Position numbers and translations under genes: made by a program. A stretch of 64,000 nt of DNA from a virus: IMG/VR virus record IMGVR_UViG_3300046791_000269, positions 2,954-66,953 of that record, one strand, 5' to 3'. Below, one piece after another: positions 46,003 through 55,387 of the stretch; position 1 is the first letter of the stretch; every line of letters begins with the position of its first letter. The notes beneath the pieces were generated by a model. It saw nothing but the letters and a program-made list of their open reading frames with translations. It was not told the DNA's origin and did not search any database.

Positions 46003-47033
46003 GCCAAAAGCTCCGGCTCGAGACGGCTCACCACCGCTCGGCCCCTGACTGTTTCGATGACCTCGCCCGCGTACCGTTCGCCAGCGTCGTCGATGTGCGT
46101 GCGGACGATCACGTCGCTGCCGTACGGTACGCGCTCAGCGAACCCGCTGTGCCAGCTCCCGGACATCACCCCGAGCACGGCCTCCGATGGACTCAGGATC
46201 GAGCGAGCCAGAAAGTCCGGCTCACCCTCGACGACCACGATCCGGCGCGGCCTGGCGTTGCCGCGGAGCCACCGTTGGGCCGATGCGTTCGCGAGCACGA
46301 GCCCGGACGCCTTGTGGCCAACCGGCGGGACACGCTTCGGCATCCCCTCGGCTCCGTTGACGAGCCACGCACGAACGGAGCGCATCTCGCCCGCGTAGTC
46401 GAACACCGGCAGGATCAAGCGGTGCCCGGTGGCCGTCCAGGCTCTCGCCGACGGCTGCCGGCCCTTGAACTTCGCCCACGACGGCACGCTCGAGCCGTGG
46501 GTCAGTGGGTGCAACGCGGCAGCCGAACCGGTCCGAGCCACCGCAGCCGGGTCGATCTCGCGGCCACGCAGCAGGCCAGACACCTCGGCATCCTCGGTGA
46601 CTGGAACGCATGCCGACCAGAGCAAAGCCACCTCGCTCGCCGGCGGGTAGTCCCGGGCCGGCTCCGGAGGCGGCAACGGAACGGCCCGGCGCTTTGGTGC
46701 CGGCTTGCCGCCGCGTAGCTCGTCCGCCTCGGCAGCCATCCCGGCGAGCTCGCACGCAGACGCCAGCGTCTCTCGGAACCGCCCCTCGAGCCCGTACACG
46801 GCCGCCACAAGCGTCAGCAAGTCCCCGGTCCACTTACACCCCCAGCACTTCACACCCACGCCGCCGTCGCGCTTGTGAATCGAGCACGAGCCAGTTTTCT
46901 CGGCATGCACCGGGCACAGGACCAGGACGTACGAGCCGCAGTCGTCGTGGACCTTGAGCCCGAGCGCGTCTGCAACCCGGCGCGGTGAAGCCAGTGCGCG
47001 GCGGACTTCTCGGGCTAGATCGCGCTCGGTCAT
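45999..47033 (-). CDS. DNA primase (zinc-binding CHC2 plus TOPRIM)
   Basis: CPVHAEKTGSCSIH zinc finger. ATG at 47033 overlaps the upstream stop. Confidence 0.7.
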   Translation of the reverse strand: MTERDLAREVRRALASPRRVADALGLKVHDDCGSYVLVLCPVHAEKTGSCSIHKRDGGVGVKCWGCKWTGDLLTLVAAVYGLEGRFRETLASACELAGMAAEADELRGGKPAPKRRAVPLPPPEPARDYPPASEVALLWSACVPVTEDAEVSGLLRGREIDPAAVARTGSAAALHPLTHGSSVPSWAKFKGRQPSARAWTATGHRLILPVFDYAGEMRSVRAWLVNGAEGMPKRVPPVGHKASGLVLANASAQRWLRGNARPRRIVVVEGEPDFLARSILSPSEAVLGVMSGSWHSGFAERVPYGSDVIVRTHIDDAGERYAGEVIETVRGRAVVSRLEPELLA

Positions 47034-47917
47034 ACCTGCCACTCCGAGCGCGGTCCGTAGCCGCCGGTTTCGTCGTTGGCGGGCGGCATCTCCGGTGGCT
47101 TGATCGGTCGCTTCTTGGGGTTGCTCCAGTCCCGGTGAACCCACCGCGAGCAACTCTGGTTCCATTCGGCATCGGTTCTGAAATCGGCGGTTTCCGCGAG
47201 GAAATGGCTACGGTGAGCATGAATTAGGGCGTCCTGGGCGAATCTTGGAATCAGTGCAACGTCGAGGCCCTTGCGGGTGATCTCTGTGGGCACCCATTCC
47301 GAGTGCATCGCGAAAGTACCGGGCTTGGTGTTGCGGGCGGCTGACTGCTCCTGCTCCTGTTCGTTCTCCTGCTCCTGATTTGCGCGCGGAGACTGTTCCG
47401 GTAACGGTTCGGCTAACTGTTTAGCAAACGGTTCCGATAACTGTTTGCGTGGTTTTGGGAACGTGTTTGGCAGACCGTTTGGGAAGCGGTTCCCGGCCCC
47501 TGACATGCCTGTTACCCAGTTGATGATCTCGGTCACGGCGGCATCGCGCAGGGAGCATTCCGGAACGAGCTCGATGTGTTTGGCCCAGCCACGGAGGACG
47601 TTCTCGTTCTTGGGCTGGTTCGACGGCACGTGGATCGACTTCGGCAGCCAGAGCACGCCAGCCTTCCAGTCTGCGTAAACCTTGCCGGTCGGCTTGTCGT
47701 CGGCGCCAGCGAGCTTCGAAAACGCCGTACGGAAAGCGCCGATCGACATTCCGAACTTGTGGGCCAGCTGCGGCTCGGAGGCTGGCCAGAGCCCTGCCAC
47801 GGGCGTCACGTGTGGGCCGGTGAGGAGACGGAACCAGACGAGCTGAGCCATGTGCGGCAGCGCACAGAACCACTCGTCCGCGTTGATGCGGCGATCGATC
47901 GAGCTGTAGAAGCTCAT
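47030..47917 (-). CDS. Replication initiator candidate with internal iterons
   Basis: Lies upstream of the primase and helicase genes. Peptide repeats KQLSEPFAKQLAEPLPEQ are encoded by DNA iterons. Confidence 0.5.
   Translation of the reverse strand: MSFYSSIDRRINADEWFCALPHMAQLVWFRLLTGPHVTPVAGLWPASEPQLAHKFGMSIGAFRTAFSKLAGADDKPTGKVYADWKAGVLWLPKSIHVPSNQPKNENVLRGWAKHIELVPECSLRDAAVTEIINWVTGMSGAGNRFPNGLPNTFPKPRKQLSEPFAKQLAEPLPEQSPRANQEQENEQEQEQSAARNTKPGTFAMHSEWVPTEITRKGLDVALIPRFAQDALIHAHRSHFLAETADFRTDAEWNQSCSRWVHRDWSNPKKRPIKPPEMPPANDETGGYGPRSEWQV
47391..47500. repeat. Iteron-like array: AAC(G/T)GTT(C/T) repeats at about 12-bp spacing inside the initiator gene (putative ori)
   Basis: gactgttcc, aacggttcg, aactgttta, aacggttcc, aactgtttg, gtgtttgg, ccgtttgg, gcggttcc. 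Confidence 0.5.
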
Positions 47918-48438
47918 TGTTTCTCACCGTGGATCCGCTCGTGGCAGACGTTGCAGATCGCGCGCAGTTCCCAAAGAAATTCGTTCCCGACGTGAGCGTA
48001 GGTTTCGTGATGAACCTGGACAGCCGCTCTGGCTCCGCACCCCTCGCACATGCCGCCGGATCGGCGCTTCACCATTGCCGCGCGCTCCCGCCAAGCTGGC
48101 GACTTCAGGTACTGGTTGTACCAAGTCCACCATTCCCGACTCTGCGCCGCGCGCTCTCGTTCTGAGCGTTCACGATCGCGTTGACGGTCTTCTTCCATCA
48201 GCCTGGAGTGCGTCCGGTTCTCGACTGCATTGAGGCAAATCCTGCAAGTGCCGCGGCCCGTATTCGTGAGCTTGCCCGGTACGGCCTTGAGCCACTTGCC
48301 GCAAAGGGTGCGCTCGGTGTTTTCGGCGTCCACGAGATGGATCTTGCCTGGTCCGAATTCATGCGGGTCCGCCGCCCAGAGTCCTGCCGCGATAGTCACG
48401 CTGCCCTCCACTGTGTTTCGTTCTTCGCCTTGGCCCAT
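47914..48438 (-). CDS. HNH endonuclease-domain protein
   Basis: CEGCG..VHHETYAHVGNEF..CNVCHERIH. Start is uncertain (internal ATG preferred). Confidence 0.6.
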   Translation of the reverse strand: MGQGEERNTVEGSVTIAAGLWAADPHEFGPGKIHLVDAENTERTLCGKWLKAVPGKLTNTGRGTCRICLNAVENRTHSRLMEEDRQRDRERSERERAAQSREWWTWYNQYLKSPAWRERAAMVKRRSGGMCEGCGARAAVQVHHETYAHVGNEFLWELRAICNVCHERIHGEKQ

Positions 48439-48896
48439 TGTTCGAAAGCTCGGTATGCCCACCACAGATCGCGGTTCGTTCCGGCTCGGCAGTTGCGGCA
48501 CGCCCACTTGCCGGACTCGGAAACGAGCGTCGGTTTCTTGCACGCACGACAGAACGTCAGGATGCAACGGTCCCAGCCGCCATCGGCCTCGAATATTTCT
48601 CCAACGTCCGCCGTGTCGCCACTGATGAGGATCGCCGCGTCACCCTCCCACCCAGAGCACTCGAGTTTGCTCTTGGCCAGGTCGATGTTCTCCTGCGTCG
48701 GCTTGATCTCGATCAGCAGCGGGCGGGCTCCGAACTTCAAGTCGAAGTCCGGGATGTAGCCGTTCAAGTCGGTGGGCTCGTAGTCCCATTTCCACCCGAG
48801 CTCGTCGAAGAATGCGGCCCATGTGGCCTCGTGTCGCGAGCGGAACCGAATGCCGCTGTAGACGGTCGGGATCCCTTGAATCAAGTACTCAGACAT
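48396..48896 (-). CDS. PD-(D/E)xK nuclease-fold protein with a C-terminal zinc ribbon
   Basis: PDFDL..EIKP motif; CRACKKP..CRNC. Confidence 0.45.
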   Translation of the reverse strand: MSEYLIQGIPTVYSGIRFRSRHEATWAAFFDELGWKWDYEPTDLNGYIPDFDLKFGARPLLIEIKPTQENIDLAKSKLECSGWEGDAAILISGDTADVGEIFEADGGWDRCILTFCRACKKPTLVSESGKWACRNCRAGTNRDLWWAYRAFEQWAKAKNETQWRAA

Positions 48897-49010
48897 TCGC
48901 GCATCCTCCCGAAAAATAGTCAGCGGCAGCCCCAGCATCAGCGAATGATGTCGCATCGCACCGCTGGAGCCGCCGCACCCGGTTGCCCGGGGAAGTCTTG
49001 GGGTGGGTGG

Positions 49011-49913
49011 TCATGAGCCGGTTTCCTTGGGAGCGAAGAGGGCGGTTTGGCCGGCGACCATGCGGCGTCGCGTCGAGTCGGATCGCTCGGCTTTGATGAT
49101 CTCGGCGGCCAATTCCGCGGTCTTTCTATCGACGTCGCAACCGATGAAGCGACGGCCGGTTCGGAGGGCGGCGATGCCGGTGGTTGCGGCCCCGCACACC
49201 GAGTCGACCACCAGGCCCTCGACGAGCGAGTAGTCCTGGACGATCTGGATCATGGCGCGCTTTGGTTTGCCGCCGACGATTCGGTCTGACCCATCGGCTG
49301 AGTTCTGGTCACGCTCGCCAGGGACAGCGTACCAACCCGTCAAAGTTCCCCAACTCTTGAAGTCTGCCCCTTTCGGGCGGGCCACCATGATGAAACAGGA
49401 CCAGTTGCTCGGTCCGTCTCCGTGCATGCGGACACGCGAGCCGGTCTCGATGAGCGGAATGGACGGGAACGTGACCCGGTCCTCAGCCTCGTACGCGGCT
49501 CGCCAGTGCTGCGAAAGAACGTCATCGGTGATCGAGACGAGCCACCCGTTCGTGAGTGGCGACCAGAGCTTGACGAACCGGTCGACGTCCGCGGGCGTCC
49601 AGGCCGGATAGTCGATGTCGCGCCGTCCGCCGCTACCCTCGGCTGCCTTTCGAGCCGCGTAGGCGCGTTCGTTCTTTGCGTTCGCCCGGCTGAGTTTGTT
49701 CGAAAGCGGGCGCCTTGCGAACGCCTCGGCACGGTTGGCCGTCATCTTCCCCTGGCTGTGCCCGGCGTGAGTCTTGTCGCTGTACGGCGCATCCACACAA
49801 AGCAAATCCGCCTTCCGCTCGCCCATCACCTCGGCAACGTGCTCGGGGTTGAGCGAGTCGGCGTGCCAGATTTCGGCAAGGTCGTCGCGGAACAGGCGGT
49901 CGGGATGGCTCAC
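49011..49913 (-). CDS. DNA methyltransferase (N6-adenine/N4-cytosine, beta-class), orphan
   Basis: DAPY motif (LCVDAPYSD) near the N-terminus and SAM-binding VVDSVCGAATTGIAA near the C-terminus. Confidence 0.8.
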   Translation of the reverse strand: MSHPDRLFRDDLAEIWHADSLNPEHVAEVMGERKADLLCVDAPYSDKTHAGHSQGKMTANRAEAFARRPLSNKLSRANAKNERAYAARKAAEGSGGRRDIDYPAWTPADVDRFVKLWSPLTNGWLVSITDDVLSQHWRAAYEAEDRVTFPSIPLIETGSRVRMHGDGPSNWSCFIMVARPKGADFKSWGTLTGWYAVPGERDQNSADGSDRIVGGKPKRAMIQIVQDYSLVEGLVVDSVCGAATTGIAALRTGRRFIGCDVDRKTAELAAEIIKAERSDSTRRRMVAGQTALFAPKETGS

Positions 49914-50302
49914 GCGCTCCGCCTTTCCTGAATCCCAACAGCCCGCAGCGCCTCACCAACCGAACGAACGACCGCGTACCGGACACCGTGCCGCTCAGCC
50001 TTCACCTGCCAAGCTTTCTGCGTGGCGGACTGCTTGCCCTTGATGGTCTTGCACTCGATGGCCATCAGCGTGCCGACGCGATCGCTCTCAAAGTTGCCGT
50101 TCCCGTCGAGCATCAGGGGCGTTCGCTTCACGTCCAGCGGCTTGACCGCGAAGATGTCCGGCCCGCCCGCCTCGCCCTGCCGGAAGAACCGGCGGGACTT
50201 GCCTGTGCCTAGAACGAGCGCGCCGGATTGGTTACGCCACGCCCAGACGCCCTTAGCTTTCAGGGCGTCGAGGACAGCGCGGACGAGAATTCCCTCGCTC
50301 AT
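49910..50302 (-). CDS. VRR-NUC domain nuclease
   Basis: GGPDIFAV ... AIECK. Confidence 0.7.
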   Translation of the reverse strand: MSEGILVRAVLDALKAKGVWAWRNQSGALVLGTGKSRRFFRQGEAGGPDIFAVKPLDVKRTPLMLDGNGNFESDRVGTLMAIECKTIKGKQSATQKAWQVKAERHGVRYAVVRSVGEALRAVGIQERRSA

Positions 50303-50658
50303 TCGCTCCCCCTCCGCAAAACCCAGTCCTTCACGTCATCCACGTCGTAGAAGATCGGCCGGCCGAGGCGCTGCATTTCGAGAGCCTCGCCGCGCGCGCC
50401 TTTGGACGCTTCCCAGCCTGGGATGAGCAGGATCGCGTCGCAGGCACGGCATAGGGCGAGGGTGCCGGCTACATAGAAGTCATACCCCTGGAGAACCTCG
50501 TACTGCGGATGATCGGTGTTCTTGTGCGGGACGACCGGGTAAGCGCAGACGCGCGCGAGTTGTAGGCCGTAGTACTCCGCCGCCGCGATGTTCTTCTCAA
50601 CCTCGTGGCGCAGCGGAGCGGTGAATTTCCCGGCTACGTAGACTAGGGGCGGGGTCAT
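50299..50658 (-). CDS. Nucleoside 2-deoxyribosyltransferase-like protein (DUF4406-like)
   Basis: LVYVAGKF...RNI..AEYY-type fold signature. Internal ATG of track ORF. Confidence 0.5.
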   Translation of the reverse strand: MTPPLVYVAGKFTAPLRHEVEKNIAAAEYYGLQLARVCAYPVVPHKNTDHPQYEVLQGYDFYVAGTLALCRACDAILLIPGWEASKGARGEALEMQRLGRPIFYDVDDVKDWVLRRGSE

Positions 50659-51461
50659 TCGGCGGCCTTCGCTTGCGGCACCGGGAATTCGCGCGGCCAG
50701 TTGCCGGGGATTTCGGTGAGGTCGCCGCCCTTCTTGCTGCGGAGCCTGATCGGGTTTCCGCCGAACTGGGGCTTTGCCCCGAACTGCTTCACGAATGGCG
50801 GAACGCCAGCGATCCGGCACTGCTCGACCAAGCCCTGAACCCAGGCCAGATCCGTCGCGCGCGATCCGCCGCCACTCTCCCCGCCGACGATGACCCACGA
50901 AATACCATCGAGGTCCGCGGTGATGGGCCCAAGCATCGGCTCGCACGAAACGAACCGCACGCGAGCCGGCAGCCGCTTCAGGAACTTGACGCGCTTGTCC
51001 CAGCCGGCCTGATCGCCGGCGGTCGTTCCCATCCAGACGTTGTTGGGAAAGCCGTCGTTCATCCAGTGCGGCGGAACGAGCGCCGCCATGTTCTGCGGAC
51101 GCTTGGTAAGGAGCTGGTAGTCGAGCCAGGGCGTCTGCTCAATGAGCGGCCAGAACGCGGCGCGCACACGGTCCATCTCGCGCCCCACGTCGTCGTTGCG
51201 CCGCTCGCCGATGTCCATCATCGAGCCGCAGAACACGCGCGCTTTCTCGTCTGACAGGCACGCGTCCCTGTTCCATTTGAGCGGCAGGTCGAGGTGCTTC
51301 TGGCCGAAGAACCGCCGAGCACCCAGGCCCCACACGTCGTGGCCGGTACGCTTGGCAAACGCCCGCGCGTAGCAGTGATCGCACTCCGGGCCGTCCTCGA
51401 CGCAGCCCCACCAAAGGTTGTGCGTGTGTGTCGTCCACTCGATTTTCGTTTCAGCGCCCAT
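50655..51461 (-). CDS. Phage Gp37/Gp68 family protein (DUF5131)
   Basis: TKIEWT..NLWWGC..C..C N-terminus, typical of the family. Confidence 0.7.
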   Translation of the reverse strand: MGAETKIEWTTHTHNLWWGCVEDGPECDHCYARAFAKRTGHDVWGLGARRFFGQKHLDLPLKWNRDACLSDEKARVFCGSMMDIGERRNDDVGREMDRVRAAFWPLIEQTPWLDYQLLTKRPQNMAALVPPHWMNDGFPNNVWMGTTAGDQAGWDKRVKFLKRLPARVRFVSCEPMLGPITADLDGISWVIVGGESGGGSRATDLAWVQGLVEQCRIAGVPPFVKQFGAKPQFGGNPIRLRSKKGGDLTEIPGNWPREFPVPQAKAAE

Positions 51462-51651
51462 GATGGCCTCCGCTCATCCCGACAACCCGCCTAACCCATT
51501 CACCCCTCGCCCTCCGCTCCGACTCCGCCCGCTCGATCGCCGCAAGCCACGCCTGGTGCTCGACCGGCGGGATGACGTGGGCGATGACTGGGGAGGGCTT
51601 TCCGAGGCAGGTCGAAAAGCGCTGGTGGGGGAAGTGGATAATTTTGCTCAT
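51451..51651 (-). CDS. Hypothetical protein (66 aa)
   Basis: Internal ATG (MSKIIHFPHQ..). Confidence 0.35.
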   Translation of the reverse strand: MSKIIHFPHQRFSTCLGKPSPVIAHVIPPVEHQAWLAAIERAESERRARGEWVRRVVGMSGGHHGR

Positions 51652-51935
51652 TCCGCGGCCGCCGGTTTCTCTGCCGAGTGTCCGCACATCGGGCAGCCGA
51701 ACACGCCGATGGCAGCCCAGCCGGCGCGAAGTATTGTCAGCCCGCGCGAATCGAACTGAGCGCGGCGGATCAACCCCCTACGCTCAAGGGCCACGAGGTG
51801 ATCGCTGACGCCGTTCGTCGAGTTGATCCCAAGGTGCGTAGCTATTTCCCTGAGCGTCGGTGGGTAGCCGTGCTCTCGCCAAAACTCGGCGATGAAACGC
51901 AGCACCTGGACCTGTCGCTTGGTTACGTCTCTCAC
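51648..51935 (-). CDS. LexA-type winged-helix DNA-binding-domain protein lacking the S24 peptidase domain
   Basis: LTKRQVQVLRFI..GYPPTLREIATHLGINSTNGVSDHLVALERRGLIRR..SRGL matches the LexA N-terminal pattern. Only 95 aa. Confidence 0.7.
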   Translation of the reverse strand: MRDVTKRQVQVLRFIAEFWREHGYPPTLREIATHLGINSTNGVSDHLVALERRGLIRRAQFDSRGLTILRAGWAAIGVFGCPMCGHSAEKPAAAE

Positions 51936-52189
51936 AACTCCTCCATTTGCTTCTTCAAACTCGCGAACGCTTCACACGGCGCACGCTTGACTCCGTGCTT
52001 TTCGAGAATGTCGAGAATCCGCGGCGCCTCACTCTTTGGCGCCGTGAACTCGAACCCCCACCCGTCGATCTCTTCCGAGCGAACGTCGCGACCGATCGGC
52101 ACGTCCATGATCTCGCCGAACACCTCGTCGCTGATGCCTTGGACGAGGAACCGGACGAGGTCGGTGGTTTGGGCGAAGTTGGCGGTCAC
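51932..52189 (-). CDS. Hypothetical protein (85 aa)
   Basis: Track ORF. Confidence 0.4.
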   Translation of the reverse strand: MTANFAQTTDLVRFLVQGISDEVFGEIMDVPIGRDVRSEEIDGWGFEFTAPKSEAPRILDILEKHGVKRAPCEAFASLKKQMEEL

Positions 52190-53445
52190 GGGGACACCCC
52201 GTTCCCATCCGGCCCGTTCGCCCCAGCCGGAGCCACCGGTGAGGGAGCGCCGATTGGGCCTGTTAGACGCGGATCGATTGCAGTCCAGTCCTCAAGGCGA
52301 TGTAACGAATCTGCACACCCGTGGCCCCCAGTGGCGGCAAGTTGCGCGACGCAACTGGCGTAATTGCTCGCCTTTCCCTCTATCTCACCATCTGCCGAGC
52401 CTTTTAAGTCCCCCGCGTTTGCCGTTTCGCCAAGGGGCCGCGCTACAGTCTGTAACGTTTTTGCACTGACACCGAGCAGGTTCCCGAGCTCGTCGGGCTT
52501 CATCTGTCCGTAGACCGTCCGGACCATCGCATCGTTCTTGTGCCTGAGAAAGCGGCTCACATGGGACTGGTTTGCGCCGGCTGCGATGAGCCAGGACGAC
52601 GCGGTACGACGTAGGTCCTTCGGGGACAGGTGTGGGATACCAGCCCTGGCGCACGCTTCCCCGAGCGCCTTCGACGACCGCGGCCAGCTCACCGGCAGCC
52701 GCTCGAGGGCGTAGAGGAACAGGTCCTCGACGTGCTCGAGCACCGGAACCTCGGCGTCCCGGGTGAGCGTCTTGGTTCCCCTCACCCGCATTACCTTGCG
52801 CTTCGGGTCGTAGTCGCCGCGTACTGCGCGTTCGATGTCGCCAGCGTCGGCGCCTACCGAGATCGCGAGAGCTACCCAAGCCCGCTCGGTGTCGCTCGGG
52901 AGGGCCTCCCACAGCTTCGGGAGGTCGGACGGGAGCAGCGTCCTGGTCGTCGGGGTGTAGTTCGCGGAGAACGCCACCGGCATCACTTCGGCAATGTCGG
53001 CGGGGAACTGCCCGGCCCGCTTGGCGTACCTGAGGAGCTGGCGAAGGCAGGTGAGCTCCCTCTTGATGGTGTTGTTCTTGGCCCCCTCGTCCTGCCGTTG
53101 CCGGATGAACGAATCCACCCTCGTCGCTGATACGTCAGCAAGCCGGAACTCGTCGCCCCAGATGCGAACGAAGTGGCCGAGCTTCACCCCGTACATGTGG
53201 AGTGTGCCACCCGACCGCTCGCGTTCCTTGGTCTCGAGCGTCCGCACTACCCAGTCCCCGAAGCTCGCCGCAAGCGCGGCTGCGTAACTGGGGCTCGACG
53301 CGACCCGCTGCCGCTCAGCGTCCCAGAGGTACGCGGCTTCCGGGTCCGTACGCCCGGTCGATCGGGGAAGCCCGTCGATGGCATCGGTCCGGACCCAGAC
53401 AACAGCCCCGCGGCGGTAGAAACCTCTCTTGAGTTTCTTTCCCAT
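52186..53445 (-). CDS. int: Tyrosine integrase (site-specific recombinase); the C-terminal about 90 aa may be non-coding read-through
   Basis: SAM-like N-terminal domain; R..HxxR..Y region (LRHKNDAMVRTVYG). The 3' tail 52190-52480 has lower GC. Confidence 0.75.
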   Translation of the reverse strand: MGKKLKRGFYRRGAVVWVRTDAIDGLPRSTGRTDPEAAYLWDAERQRVASSPSYAAALAASFGDWVVRTLETKERERSGGTLHMYGVKLGHFVRIWGDEFRLADVSATRVDSFIRQRQDEGAKNNTIKRELTCLRQLLRYAKRAGQFPADIAEVMPVAFSANYTPTTRTLLPSDLPKLWEALPSDTERAWVALAISVGADAGDIERAVRGDYDPKRKVMRVRGTKTLTRDAEVPVLEHVEDLFLYALERLPVSWPRSSKALGEACARAGIPHLSPKDLRRTASSWLIAAGANQSHVSRFLRHKNDAMVRTVYGQMKPDELGNLLGVSAKTLQTVARPLGETANAGDLKGSADGEIEGKASNYASCVAQLAATGGHGCADSLHRLEDWTAIDPRLTGPIGAPSPVAPAGANGPDGNGVSP

Positions 53446-53588
53446 TTTTCTAAATCCTCCGGCCTGATTCGAAGCACACCCTTGCGCACGTAGAAGCCGC
53501 CAGCCTTGCGCATGAGCCGGGCAGCCTGGAGTCGCGTGATCCCGTAGCGCTCGACAAGGTCGGCGGGGGTTAGGCGGCGGTCGGTCAT
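53247..53588 (-). CDS. xis: Excisionase / helix-turn-helix DNA-binding protein (Xis/AlpA-like); only the N-terminal about 55 aa look real
   Basis: LTPADLVERYGITRLQAARLMRKAGGFYVRKGVLRIRPEDLEKW. Overlaps the int N-terminus in another frame. Confidence 0.5.
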   Translation of the reverse strand: MTDRRLTPADLVERYGITRLQAARLMRKAGGFYVRKGVLRIRPEDLEKWERNSREVSTAAGLLSGSGPMPSTGFPDRPGVRTRKPRTSGTLSGSGSRRAPVTQPRLRRASGTG

Positions 53589-53946
53589 CGGCGCATCCTC
53601 CCAGCCCGCACGTACAGGCTCACGCCTCGATGAACGGGCCCGCCCTGATGCTGGTGGAGCTCAACGCGCGCCAACACCCAGCCACTTCGGGTAAAGCGCC
53701 GGTGCCGCGTCCTGCCGATTGGAAGGCCGAGCGAAAGCACCTTGTCGGCCCAGCGACGCATCCCCGGCGTGACCCTGGCGGCCGGAACCCACCCGACGAG
53801 CCTCGCGAGCTTGCTCGGCGCCGGTTCGCTCTTTGGCGGCACCACCGGCACGGACCGGCGGATCTCCGCGAAGACGTCCGGCTCGACGTACCGAACGCCG
53901 TTCGCGGGCGGAACCAGGCCGGCGGCAAGGAGGGAGGCCGCGAGGA

Positions 53947-54171
53947 TCAAATCTTCTCCCCGTTCTTCACCCGCTCCGAAACCTGCGCGCGGATCGCGTC
54001 CTGGATCTCTTGCGTCGAGAACGTGATCGCTTGGTTGTCGGGCTCGGGCGCGGTCGTCTGGCTCGTCCACGTGAAGGAGCCCTTCGAATTTGTGAGCCGC
54101 CACACCAGCCAGACGAGCACGACCGTCCACACCAGGAGCAGGGAGAGAATTACGGCTTCGAGGTTCAACAT
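53947..54171 (-). CDS. Small membrane protein (74 aa)
   Basis: AVILSLLLVWTVVLVWLVW transmembrane helix. Confidence 0.4.
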   Translation of the reverse strand: MLNLEAVILSLLLVWTVVLVWLVWRLTNSKGSFTWTSQTTAPEPDNQAITFSTQEIQDAIRAQVSERVKNGEKI

Positions 54172-54421
54172 CTAGGAGCGCTCCTGAGTGAATTGATGGT
54201 CACGACCGACGGGATGAAAGACGTTCAAGTACGCGGCGACCAAAAGAGCGACGCCGATCAGCGCGAGAAGTTTCCAGGCCCTCACCGCCAGGCCCTACCG
54301 TTCGCGATCACGAAGTCTCGATCGGTGCGCGACACGGCCCTGAGCCCCGGCGCACGAACCCGTAGCGCGGCGAAGACGAATGCAAAGCCGGACAGGGCGA
54401 GGAGGTAGGCGGCGAGCATTA
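54171..54421 (-). other. Two unlisted small transmembrane-peptide ORFs (about 37 and about 48 aa)
   Basis: VRAWKLLALIGVALLVAAYL.. and MLAAYLLALSGFAFVFAAL.. read manually from the sequence. Confidence 0.3.
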
Positions 54422-55387
54422 CTTCCCAACCATCGCCGGGCTCATGATGAACTGCTGCCCCGCCGGAACCATCATCACGCTGACGTTCGGTGAGAGCTTT
54501 TGCGCGAAGATGTACTGTGTCAGTGCCGGGCTGATGCTCTTCGCCAGCTTCTCGTTCGCCTCGGCCTCTTTGGAAGCAAGAACTAGGTTCGCGTCGGCTT
54601 GCTTCGTTGCGTTGATGAGCACCGCATCCGCCTTGCCGCGCGCTTGCTCGATTGCCTGGTCCGCTCGGGCACGCTCAGCCGCAACCTTTTCCCGCTCGGC
54701 GAGCGCAAGCTGGCTCTGCGTCTGCTTCTCCTCGATCGCCGCCTGGAACTTCTGATCGAACGCGATGTTGTCGATCAGCAGGTCCCGAACGTCGATGCTG
54801 TCCGAGCTGAGTTCCCGCTGGAGTCTGGCACGAACGGCGCGGCGGATGTCCTCACGGTGTGGAGCGATGTCCACCGACCCGTACTTGACGATCTCGTCCT
54901 TGTGGGCCTGGAGAACCCGGGGCGCCACGAGAACCTCGAAGTAGTTCGCGCCAACCTCACGATAGAGCCGCTGAATGTGTGACGGTGAAACGTGGATGTT
55001 CAGCGTGGCATTGACGTAGACTTGCTGCGTCTCCTTGCTGAAACAGTGCAGCGTGTCATCGTAGTCAGCGGTGCCGTCGTCTTTCCTATGCATGGCGAAC
55101 TTGTGCCCGAGCACCTGGATCGACGCCTGCTCGACCGACTGCCACGGGAGAACCCACTGCATTCCTTCCGGGCGCTGACCGGCGATGGCGCCGAAAGACC
55201 GGACGAGTCCGACGTTGCCGGCGTCCACGCTGTTGTACGACGAAACGGAGGTGGCGATGATCAGACCCGCGAGGCCAACAAGGAGCGCCACGAACCGGTA
55301 GGGCTTTACGTCCTCGTCCTTGCCCATGATCCAAACGATGGCAGCGAGAGCGGCGGCGAGCGAAACGAACAGAATGATGAAGCCCAT
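54419..55387 (-). CDS. SPFH/Band-7 (stomatin/prohibitin/HflKC-like) membrane protein
   Basis: N-terminal transmembrane helix, SPFH core and a C-terminal Ala/Gln/Glu coiled coil. Internal ATG (MGFIILFVSL). Confidence 0.7.
   Translation of the reverse strand: MGFIILFVSLAAALAAIVWIMGKDEDVKPYRFVALLVGLAGLIIATSVSSYNSVDAGNVGLVRSFGAIAGQRPEGMQWVLPWQSVEQASIQVLGHKFAMHRKDDGTADYDDTLHCFSKETQQVYVNATLNIHVSPSHIQRLYREVGANYFEVLVAPRVLQAHKDEIVKYGSVDIAPHREDIRRAVRARLQRELSSDSIDVRDLLIDNIAFDQKFQAAIEEKQTQSQLALAEREKVAAERARADQAIEQARGKADAVLINATKQADANLVLASKEAEANEKLAKSISPALTQYIFAQKLSPNVSVMMVPAGQQFIMSPAMVGK

Noticed and set aside
53585-54175. Track ORFs 53585-54130 (-) and 53630-54175 (+)
   Set aside because: They are mutually exclusive with weak composition, and their GC3 values (80% vs 70%) do not discriminate strongly between them. 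Only the transmembrane ORF 53947-54171 is kept
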